Positions 13,225 to 24,600 of a stretch of DNA of 64,000 nucleotides are shown here, piece after piece (the stretch's first letter is position 1; every line of letters begins with the position of its first letter). This DNA is from Tubiluchus corallicola (taxonomy: Eukaryota > Animalia > Priapulida), in contig JAQGDQ010000947.1 in NCBI GenBank assembly GCA_030141605.1, positions 1-64,000 on the forward strand, written 5' to 3'. The notes beneath the pieces are model-generated. The model saw only the letters and a list, made by a program, of their open reading frames with translations, did no database searches and had not been told where the DNA came from. The position numbers and the translations under genes were made by a program.

Positions 13225-13500
13225 CGATGAAAAGATCTCACGTTGGTGATGAATTGATCTCACGCTGGTGATGAATAGATCTCAATATTGGTGATGAATA
13301 GATCTCATGTTGGTGATGAATAGATCTCATGTTGGCGATGAATAGATCTCACGTTGGCGATGAATGGATCTCGATATTGGTGATGAATAGATCTCATGTT
13401 GGTGATGAATAGATCTCATGTTGGTGATGAATAGATCTCATGTTGGTGATGAATAGACCTCATGTTGGTGATTAATCGATCTCACTTTGGTGATGAATAC
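13225..13500. repeat. 22-bp minisatellite, ~12 copies
   Basis: Unit TGGTGATGAATAGATCTCATGT, with 24-bp variants. Confidence 0.95.
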
Positions 13501-13956
13501 CATTAGGCAAATGACTGATTCTGAGAGGCAAAGAAATGTTTCATTCTGTTGCGCCTGCATATGTTGTCATTCTATTCATGTTTCACTTACTACTTTTTTA
13601 ATATTTCAGGTACATGATGGGTATAACAAAGCAGTATTTGCGTTACGTCCCCACTTCTGTATTTGGACTCATCGGCAGTCATAAGAGCAACATTAAATAT
13701 GTTGAGCTGCGAGCACAAATGGGAAAATTCTGTGCTGTTGCTGCCTGTGAAAATGTGCTTATTTGGGATCTGCGCAAGGCCGAAATGGTAACAGTTTTTC
13801 AGCATACTATGCATGATATTCGTTTATCAAATATGTAGAAATAACGGAGCAATTACGCAATAGAAATGTACCAAAAATTGACACTTAGTAAGTGCTCAGC
13901 ACAGTCATCATTATGGTCTGTTGTTAAAGAATGTGTATGTCAGTAGCATAGATTTA

Positions 13957-14492
13957 CCGTATTTATTCGAGTATAACGCGCAAACTTTTCTACCGAAAAA
14001 AGAACTCAAAGTTTGGGTGCGCGTTTTATAAACGAGGGCTGGGGTGACATGCTTAGATGTATCAATATATTATTTGTGCAATGACTCATTAGTCGAAGAA
14101 TCGCTGACCACAATCGCAAAGCATTGAATGCAACAACATCTCTCGACCCACAAAACGCCTATGGTCTATTTTTAGTAACAGTATCCTTGCGTGGACGTTG
14201 TGGATCTAAAATAAATAATTCTCAATGGCTCATGCGCAACACTCGCTGCAGAGGCGAGGCATAGCTAAGGAAATAATCAATAATATTTGCATCATCAGCA
14301 GACTTTGTCATACGGTGTCATTTCCAAGAATTCTTGTTATCCCCTGTGATGTTCATAGTTTACTTTACATTGTCAATAAACGATTTTTATCATGGCCGCA
14401 CGTGTTCAACAACGTTTGTCACTTAGAATGCTTGGTCAGAGCCGATTTTGAATCGAAAATTAGGGGTGCGCGTTATACTCCAATGAATACGG
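13957..14492. mobile_element. Tc1/mariner-pogo-type MITE in a WDR3 intron (mirror 25889..26422)
   Basis: TA|CCGTATTTATTCGAGTATAACGCG ... CGCGTTATACTCCAATGAATACGG|TA. Confidence 0.8.
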
Positions 14493-17204
14493 TACATTTT
14501 GAAAAGAAAAGATGACTTTTGCTATTTTTATGCAACATGTTTTGCCTTTCCAGTTGCTTTTGCGGTACTGTTTTTAATTTGCACTGTTTGAAATCTAATT
14601 TATTTCTGTTATGTTGTGAATTAAGTCTGTCATAGCTTCGAAAAGTGGTATACAAGACCATACGTGTTTCATTGCATTCAAACAATAAGGTTTTACATTT
14701 TATTATTTTACATTTTCAGTAACGATTCTTGGTCACAAATAGGGATTTTTTTTTTATTATGAGATACTAAATACTATAGACAGAAAAAGTACAAGTGTTC
14801 CAATTCCGCTAAATAGTATAGAGTTTAGACACCCGCATATTTTTGTACCTTTCAGTTTTCCAAGTAGAAACTAAAGCTGTCTATGGGAAACTAGTCTTTA
14901 ACTAATATGCTCACTTGTTGCACATTTCATTTGCAATTCTTAATTTAAAGTACTACAATAAGAATTTAATGTGTGCTGCCACCTACATTTAAAATTATTT
15001 ATTATTGAAGTGAGTCAAGTTTAATTCAGGTTGTGGCCTTGGTCAGTGCTGCTCGGTCACCTGTACCTGTTGCGCTTACCATATATGGTAGCGTTGATTG
15101 TTAGTGTGTTTTACTAGCTAATCAGGTAAGCTCAGTGGGTGCATGTGACTTGGGTAGCTCTGCCAAGGCCAGACCTTCCCTTTTTCCCCTTCTTGAGCAT
15201 TACTGTTGAATGTTCACCATGTGTTTTCTCTCCTGTAAATAATGGTGTAATATGTAAATAGAAATAAAGTCTTCCACAGTTCAACACAATTTTATGGTTT
15301 CGTTTCGACCACCAGAGCCAGTCTACACTAACTTCAGTCTAATACACTTCAAGCTCTCTACAAATTCATTCCTTTTATGCATACTGCTACAAAGTTTCTA
15401 CAAGGTCCCTGGTTCAGTCCCGGGTTTTGCACTATGTTATGCCTGAATTCAACTATCCAAATCTTGAATAATTTTTCAGGTTGTGAATAATGTTGAAGAA
15501 TAGCAATAATTGTTTCCAACATAAAAATGTCAGCATAAAAATTGTGTCACTTTTTAGGTGACTCAACTACGTGGCGAGAAACAAGAAGCGACAATCGTCG
15601 CCGCCTCACCTGACAAACGCCACATTGCAGTCGGTTACAGCGATGGATCCATTGCAGTATTTAATGCCTTGACTGGTGAGAAGAGTCTGGCATTCAGTGG
15701 ACATAGATCTTCTGTGTCAGCTCTCATTTACGATCACAATGGAATGAGACTCGTTTCAGGATCAAAGGTACCTGAAGAAGGCATTGTGTGTTTTGTATAT
15801 GTAGTAAGGCTTAAAAAAGCAGCCTAGTTTCATGTTGGTGCTGTGATGTATCTTTCTGCCTGTAATATATTATTAGTTATGCATTGTAGTTAGTTAAAGT
15901 ACAAGAAAACCCTCCAATTACATAAAGCTTAAAAAATTCGTCTTGAAATTTAAAATCATTTATGTGCGGCCTTTTTGCATATAGGGCTTGCATCGGTAAC
16001 GCTGTACAAAACTTGTAAATTTAAACTCCCGCGATGACCGTTAGACGCAGCCATTTTGACGAATTCGAAACAAGTTTAGATAACACTGAGTAAAGTTTGA
16101 AAAAATAATCAGAGCATTCATAGGACACATTTCACTAACTAAGTAAAATTTTAAATTACTGTATCTTGTTAATAAGATTAAAAACAGTTTTTTGGGTAGC
16201 GAGTGGTGCACCCTGGATGGTGAGTCAGCTACATTTTACCAATTGGTGAAAACATTTTAAATAAATAATAATTTTCTTTTCTGGTTACATAATCTTTCAA
16301 GCAGGAGCAGGTAAGTGAAATGCTAACTAATATAACTTTACATGGAAAGTTTTTTGAGACATGGTTTAACATTTCCTTTTCTTCCCCTGATTTACTATAT
16401 GGCGTCATACAATGGCACTGTCAAGAGTTAATAAATAAATTGAATTGAATTAAATCTACTGATTAATTTCTTTCTGCTTGCTTGAAAACCACCTATATAC
16501 CTTACTTACCTGGGCAGCAGTTTATCTTCGGTTAATGTTTAAGCCTAGGCAGCCAAAACAATAAACACTGCAGAGTCAAAGCCAAGCCCTGGGCAACCTT
16601 GAGAATTTCATCTAGATACTTAGTCTGGTTGCTATAGCAACAGGTTGCATCCAGAAAGTTTGCTCACTGATCTCACTTGATATAAACTTTTAGCACTTAG
16701 TAGTCAGTCAGGAAACAAAATGTATATAATAATTACACTGTTTACGTTAGTGTACCTACTGTTTTAATGCATCAAATTAGATAAAAATGTTGTTGATAAA
16801 ATAAAAATTGGCCGTGAGCTAAGTAAATAAATCGTCATTAAATTGAAACGTGCGTCGTTGAAACGAAACGTCGCTAAATTGGGAGTGGTAAAGTGCAGAC
16901 TTTCTGTATCACAGTACCTGAAGTACAAAGATTATTATTGTTTGAAAGCGAGTTGATGTTTGTATAATACTTTTCAGGACACAGAAGTAATGTTGTGGGA
17001 TATCGTCAACGAATCTGGTTTATTTCGACTGCGCGGCCACAAGGGACAGATTACTGGATGCTGTTTCTTTACACAGCATAACGTTCTTATAACTAGGTAA
17101 CATTTACAACTTATATTATGTAAGTGAGTGAGATAAAGTAGAAAAAATTATTTCCTCGTGATAATAACAGCTCAGGTATTTTCAGTGTATACATTTATAT
17201 GCAA

Positions 17205-17725
17205 TATACGATCGTATCTCGCTTTGGGGGACTTCGCTTTTTCCGATATCGGAAGAATCAGACAAAATCTGGATTGTTAAAAAGTCCCGCTCACTACGGA
17301 CACATTCCGTTGTTTCGAGAGCTGACCGCTAGTTATTGGCACGTCACTTTGTTTACATTATTACATCAGTGTAACCACGTGCATATCTATGTGTAAAAAT
17401 ATAGAATCAATTGTGTGGAGTTATTTGAGTCAATTGCAGACAGTTTTTATATACTTTTGCATAGGAGTGGCCAGTACTTAGGCATTTTTGAGACAATTAG
17501 GTATCATGTATCCTTGATAGTTGGGTATTTTAAATCCCCTCATTTGCTAACAGTTTTTATATAGTTTTGCATGGGAGTGGGCCGTACTTAATGTTTTTGT
17601 GACAGTTAGGTGATTGATTCTACATCACCATGAGTCTAATACGCTGCGCTTACTATATTAGCTTAGTATTGGCAAATTCGGACCGACGTCTCCCTGCTTT
17701 TGTCCGGCAAACCCTGATGTGTGTA
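17205..17725. mobile_element. Dispersed MITE-like repeat family; relatives at 19686..20225 (inverted), 22655..23172 and ~41940..42270
   Basis: Shared GCTGACCGCTAGTT..GTCACTTTGTTTACAT..GGAGTTATTTGAGTCAATTGCAGACAG core. Confidence 0.7.
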
Positions 17726-19045
17726 TATATACAGTTCTAAAATTAAGTACTTGTGGAGCTTCAAGTTATTTGGCTGTGTGACTGTGGAAAAGTATGTGAT
17801 TGGATGATTCTTAGAACCATTGCAGCTGATGTAAGTCAAATATAATCGAAGGGGCACCTGTTACTTACTCTAATTTTTTTTGTAAACAATTTTCAACAGA
17901 ATCATCTATGAAGCAGCTAGGCCATTGTTTGTCTGTAGAAAGGTTTTTTATTGTTGCTTGACTGTTTCAGCTCAAAGGATGGTCTTATCAAATTTTGGGA
18001 TCTTACAACCCAGCACTGTTTTAAAACACTTACGGGTCACAGGAACGAGGTAATTTGTGATTTTTTGTCGATAGTTATATTATCCTTATTGATTTTTTAG
18101 CTGTTGTATATCTTGCAACACATTTGTTGCAAAATGCTTTTCGTCTGGGCGGTCGTGAGTTCAATGCAGAACAATCAACTAAACATACATTTCATCAACG
18201 ATCTACAAGTGATTTTGCATGGGAACGTACCATACAGTACAGTATTTTGGAATGCACCTGGCTTCAGATGCTGGTTGGCTGCTTAGCGTTACTTGTTGCA
18301 AAGCAACCCCAATCCTATGGCTGTTAAACTTTTCCACAATGTTTCGCATGGCCATAACAGTGAAATAAACAGGCCTGGGTGACTGCGTTTAGTGCTGAGC
18401 TTGGGTGGCAGACTACCGCCTTCCGTCCCTTGCATGAAAAAACATAGACGGCCTTGTGCTGTCTTCCACAGTGAAAGGGTTAAAGTCTGTACCCTTGATT
18501 TATTTGTTTCTGTATATTAACATACAACGTATTAGATGTTCATTTTGATTTTTTTTACCGCTTGTTAGGTTTGGAATCTGGTTTTAGTAAAAGATGAAAC
18601 TCGTTTAATTACCGGCGCCGGAGACAACGAACTGAGAGTTTGGAATTTACATTTTGCTACAGCGGAATCACAAGAGAGTGAAGAAGTCGAACCAGAACAG
18701 AAGAAGTCTAGAATCACAAGCGACAAAGGCGAAAGTGGCGACGACGACGACGGTGATGAAGAGGATGATGATGTACGTTTTTCAGTTTGTGTTAATTCTT
18801 AATCTTTACTAAGTCCTTCATTGCTGAGTATACGTTAAAGTTTATTTTAAAGTTTATTTTTTCGAGTATTTGCCGTAAATGGATCTAAGGTGGCGCCATA
18901 GGCTAGCCACTATAGTTTTTGAGTGTTTGCTTTTATAATTAATTGTTTAAGTACTGTCTGATGATGGACAGAATTACCAAAAAATTCTGTGCTGATAATT
19001 ATTTGCAGCATGTTTTAGTCACCTTGAAGAGGAATTACACTCATA

Positions 19046-21333
19046 CAGTAGGCGCCTCCTTAATAGAATCGACTTATTCGCTTAATTGATTCAAAAATGC
19101 GAAACAAAAAACTGAAAAACAAAGCGTGAAAAAATAAGCACTGAAAAAAATTAAAACAACACAGCTGACCCGTGAGAAATAAACAAACTTTGATTTCAAC
19201 TGATTGTAAGTATTCTACGATTCAGTTTTAAAGCATTCACAAAGCCTTAAAAAAAATTTTGGAAAAAAATTTTCCTTCCTCCCTACTGACATCTTTAGAG
19301 GTTTGACAGAAACTTTTTTTAGTGGCCCGCTTTAGAAAGGCGTGTCACCTATATTTCTTCAATGAAACGCCTATCCTCTGAAATATCCATGCAAAAAGCA
19401 AACACCAGCCAACTTTGTAATTTTTCTAAACGTGGTCAAATGTTAATACATACATGACAACCTAGAACTGTACCACTCGAATCAACAGCCAGTGTCAGCG
19501 CTCTGTCTTTTCCACGCCGTACTATTACTCCAGCAAATTTACATTTTAATCGACTCTGTAAGAAACGTAATAGCATTATTTTAACTTCACACTGAATTAG
19601 TTAACAAAATTGTTTACAAATGCGTCTGATTGTTACGAAACTAATTAACTTGATATTCCACATGCTGTAGAACATCAAATGATAACAGTACACTCATCTC
19701 TCGGTTTGCCGGACAAAAGCAGGGAGATGTCGGCCCAAATTTGCCGATTGTCCATATTTACCAATACTAAGATAGATAGAGTAGGCGCGATAAGATAGAT
19801 AGTATTAGACTCACGGTAATGTAGAATCAATCACCTAATTGGCTCAAAATCGTCTAGTATGGGTCGCTGCTATGCAAAAGTATGTAAAAACTGTCGGCAA
19901 TTGACTCAAATAACTCCGCATAATTGACTCTATATTTTTTCTGCACATGCTTAAATAAGATACTTTTGTGTGACCAATGAGCTTTTACTCTATGTCGTCT
20001 TACTTCGCTTTTGTGCGTTATAATATACGTTATCACGTTAAAGTGCAGTCGCTACACGCTGCTTGGTTACACTGACGTAATGATGTAAACAAAGTGACAG
20101 CACGCCAATTAGCGGTCAGCTCGCGAAACAACAGACGGTGCCCGTAGTAGCGTGACTTCTTAACGGTCCAGATTTTGTACGATTTTTCCGATATGCGTAA
20201 AAGTGAGGTCTGGTAAACCGAGATACAGCAGGCGCTGCTTAATAGAATCACTTTGGGACTGACGTGTTTTGACCCAATTAACCAACTGAACCTATTAACC
20301 GATGGGTGTAGTATTACTGGTGTAGAAGTATGAGGCATCAGCTTAGTATGAGCTGCAAAGGTTTTAATGAATTTTAGAAACGAAGTAATGCCTAAATTCC
20401 TCTGTGCAGTTAAATTTTTTTTTTAAATATTTTAAAATATTAATTTATATAAGTGAATTAGCTATAAATTAAAAAGTATACTTTTCTGAATCACACTAGT
20501 CCGTTTATTTGCACAAGATACTGTACCTGTGTCTTTGACTGTTAACAGATTAAGCCTGAAAGTGTGATTTGCAACGAGAGCATCAAAAGGAAACCGCAAG
20601 TGATTAAATGTTTAGCTTCCAGAAATTCTTGGGTAACGTAGTGAATGAGAAGGTAACAGATTCAAAGCAAAACCGCTACGCAAGCCTATTAGCGCATGAT
20701 AAACGTACCTGCTTACAAACAAAATGGCGCCTAACATGAATGTTTCCACTGTACATACATTATAGAGCACAAAAGCGAAGTAAAGATGAATAAAAGTAGT
20801 AAATGCTCTCTGGGCACATACAATGTATTGAGTCAATTATGTGGAGTTATTTGAGTCAATTACTGACAGTTTTTATATATGACATAAAAGTAGGAAAGGC
20901 TCTCTGGGCACATAAAATGTATTGAGTCAATTATGTGGAGTTATTTGAGTCAATTACCAACAGTTTTTATATATGACATAAAAGTAGGAAAGGCTCTCTG
21001 GGCACATACAATGTATTGAGTCAATTATGTGGAGTTATTTGAGTCAATTACTGACAGTTTTTATATATGACATAAAAGTAGGAAAGGCTCTCTGGGCACA
21101 TAAAATGTATTGAGTCAATTATGTGGAGTTATTTGAGTCAATTACCAACAGTTTTTATATATGACATAAAAGTAGGAAAGGCTCTCTGGGCACATAAAAT
21201 GTATTGAGTCAATTATGTGGAGTTATTTTAGTCAATTACTGACAATTTTTATGTATGTGTAGAAGCAGCCAGTACCAGGCATTTTTGAATCAATTAAGCG
21301 AATAAGTCGATTCTATTAAGGAGGCGCCTACTG
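19046..21333. mobile_element. Composite non-autonomous pogo/Tigger-like DNA element occupying the palindrome centre
   Basis: TA|CAGTAGGCGCCTCCTTAATAGAATC ... GATTCTATTAAGGAGGCGCCTACTG|TA. A related terminus occurs internally at 20226. Segment 20460-20850 resembles 55790-56500 and the Tigger remnants in both arms. Confidence 0.7.
20805..21255. repeat. 94-bp tandem repeat, ~4.8 copies, two alternating variants
   Basis: TGGGCACATA recurs at 20811, 20905, 20999, 21093 and 21187. Confidence 0.93.
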
Positions 21334-21606
21334 TATGAGTGTAATTCCTCTTCAAGGTGACTAAAACATGCTGCAAATAATTATCAGCACAGAATTTTTT
21401 GGTAATTCTGTCCATCATCAGATAGTACTGAAACAATTAATCATAAAAGCAAACACTCAAAAACTATAGTGGCTAGCCTATGGCGCCACCTTAGATACAT
21501 TTACGGCAAATACTCGAAAAAATAGACTTTAAAATAAACTTTAACGTACACTCACCAATGAAGGACTTAGTAGAGATTAAGAATTAACACAAACTGAAAA
21601 ACGTAC

Positions 21607-24600
21607 ATCATCCTCTTCATCACCATCGTCGTCGTCGCCGCTCTCGCCTTTGTCGCTTGTGATTCTAGACTTCTTCTGTTCTGGTTCGACTTCTTCACTC
21701 TCTTGTGATTCCGCTGTAGCAAAATGTAAATTCCAAACTCTCAGTTCGTTGTCCCCGGCGCCGGTAATTAAACCAGTTTCATCTTTTACCAACACCAGAT
21801 TCCAAACCTAACCAGCGGTAAAAAAAATCAAAATGAACATCTAATACGTTGTATGTTAATATACAGAAACAAATAAATCAAGGGTACAGACTTTAACCCT
21901 TTCACTGTGGAAGACAGCACAAGGCCGTCTATGTTTTTTCATGCAAGGGACGGAAGGCGGTAGTCTGCCACCCAAGCTCAGCACTAAACGCAGTCACCCA
22001 GGCCTGTTTATTTCACTGTTATGGCCATGCGAAACATTGTGGAAAAGTTTAACAGCCATAGGATTGGGGTTGCTTTGCAACAAGTAACGCTAAGCAGCCA
22101 ACCAGCATCTGAAGCCAGGTGCATTCCAAAATACTGTACTGTATGGTACGTTCCCATGCAAAATCACTTGTAGATCGTTGATGAAATGTATGTTTAGTTG
22201 ATTGTTCTGCATTGAACTCACGACCGCCCAGACGAAAAGCATTTTGCAACAAATGTGTTGCAAGATATACAACAGCTAAAAAATCAATAAGGATAATATA
22301 ACTATCGACAAAAAATCACAAATTACCTCGTTCCTGTGACCCGTAAGTGTTTTAAAACAGTGCTGGGTTGTAAGATCCCAAAATTTGATAAGACCATCTT
22401 TTGAGCTGAAACAGTCAAGCAACAATAAAAAACCTTTCTACAGGCAAACAATGGCCTAGCTGCTTCATAGATGATTCTGTTGAAAATTGTTTACAAAAAA
22501 AATTAGAGTAAGTAACAGGTGCCCCTTCGATTATATTTGACTTACATCAGCTGCAATGGTTCTAAGAATCATCCAATCACATACTTTTCCACAGTCACAC
22601 AGCCAAATAACTTGAAGCTCCTCAAGTACTTAATTTTAGAACTGTATATATACACACATATCAGGGTTTGCCGGACAAAAGCAGGGAGACGTCGGTCCGA
22701 ATTTGCCAATACTAAGCTAATATAGTAAGCGCAGCGTATTAGACTCGTGGTAATGTAGAATCAATCACCTAACTGTCTCAAAAACATTAAGTACGGCCCG
22801 CTCCTATGCAAAAGTATATGAAAACTGTTAGCAAATGAGGGGATTTAAAATACCCAACTATCAAGGATACATGATACCTAATTGTCTCAAAAATTAAGTA
22901 CTGGCCACTCCTATGCAAAAGTATATAAAAACTGTCTGCAATTGACTACAAATAACTCTGCATAATTGACTCTATATTTTTACACATAGATATACACGTG
23001 GTTACACTGATGTCACAATGTAAACAAAGTGACGTCCCAACAACTAGCTGTCAGTCTCGAAACAACGGACCATGTCCGTAGTGAGCGGGACTTTTTAACG
23101 GTGTAGATTTTGTCTGATTCTTCCGATATCGGAAAAAGCGAAGTCCCGCAAAGCGAGATACGATCGTATATTGCATATAAATGTATACACTGAAAATACC
23201 TGAGCTGTTATTATCACGAGGAAATAATTTTTTCTACTTTATCTCACTCACTTACATAATATAAGTTGTAAATGTTACCTAGTTATAAGAACGTTATGCT
23301 GTGTAAAGAAACAGCATCCAGTAATCTGTCCCTTGTGGCCGCGCAGTCGAAATAAACCAGATTCGTTGACGATATCCCACAACATTACTTCTGTGTCCTG
23401 AAAAGTATTATACAAACATCAACTCGCTTTCAAACAATAATAATCTTTGTACTTCAGGTACTGTGATACAGAAAGTCTGCACTTTACCACTCCCAATTTA
23501 GCGACGTTTCGTTTCAACGACGCACGTTTCAATTTAATGACGATTTATTTACTTAGCTCACGGCCAATTTTTATTTTATCAACAACATTTTTATCTAATT
23601 TGATGCATTAAAACAGTAGGTACACTAACGTAAACAGTGTAATTATTATATACATTTTGTTTCCTGACTGACTACTAAGTGCTAAAAGTTTATATCAAGT
23701 GAGATCAGTGAGCAAACTTTCTGGATGCAACCTGTTGCTATAGCAACCAGACTAAGTATCTAGATGAAATTCTCAAGGTTGCTCAGGGCTTGGTTTTGAC
23801 TCTGGAGTGTTTATTGTTTTGGCTGCCTAGGCTTAAACATTAACCGAAGATAAACTGCTGCCCAGGTAAGTAAGGTATATAGGTGGTTTTCAAGCAAGCA
23901 GAAAGAAATTAATCAGTAGATTTAATTCAATTCAATTTATTTATTAACTCTTGACAGTGCCATTGTATGACGCCATATAGTAAATCAGGGGAAGAAAAGG
24001 AAATGTTAAACCATGTCTCAAAAAACTTTCCATGTAAAGTTATATTAGTTAGCATTTCACTTACCTGCTCCTGCTTGAAAGATTATGTAACCAGAAAAGA
24101 AAATTATTATTTATTTAAAATGTTTTCACCAATTGGTAAAATGTAGCTGACTCACCATCCAGGGTGCACCACTCGCTACCCAAAAAACTGTTTTTAATCT
24201 TATTAACAAGATACAGTAATTTAAAATTTTACTTAGTTAGTGAAATGTGTCCTATGAATGCTCTGATTATTTTTTCAAACTTTACTCAGTGTTATCTAAA
24301 CTTGTTTCAAATGACCTGTCGTCAAAATGGCTGCGTCTAACGGTCATCGCGGGAGTTTAAATTTACAAGTTTTGTACAGCGTTACCGATGCAAGCCCTAT
24401 ATGCAAAAAGGCCGCACATAAATGATTTTAAATTTCAAGACGAATTTTTTAAGCTTTATGTAATTGGAGGGTTTTCTTGTACTTTAACTAACTACAATGC
24501 ATAACTAATAATATATTACAGGCAGAAAGATACATCACAGCACCAACATGAAACTAGGCTGCTTTTTTAAGCCTTACTACATATACAAAACACACAATGC

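Larger units (their letters stand above)
13614..18772 (+). pseudogene. WDR3: WD repeat protein 3 (UTP12/DIP2) coding exons 1-5, 262 codons, truncated at the palindrome centre
   Basis: Exons 13614-13787 (MGITKQYLRY), 15558-15767, 16978-17096 ([26 protein letters not shown]), 17971-18049 (SKDGLIKFWDLTTQHCFKTLTGHRNE), 18569-18772. GT-AG, phases compatible, no stops. Known orthologs are >900 aa and no downstream exons were seen. Gene identity is firm; pseudogene status is not. Confidence 0.88.
33..19100. repeat. Left arm of ~19-kb inverted duplication (palindrome)
   Basis: Reverse complement of 21279..39501. AATCCCTATCACGCCTAG at 33 pairs with 39484-39501; TTCAAAAATGC ending at 19100 pairs with GCATTTTTGAA at 21279. 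The ORF track is mirrored throughout. Confidence 0.97.

Noticed and set aside
18328-18479. TTAA-flanked 150-bp piggyBac-like MITE
   Set aside because: TIRs are too degenerate and there is no independent copy outside the mirror; not listed as a feature.
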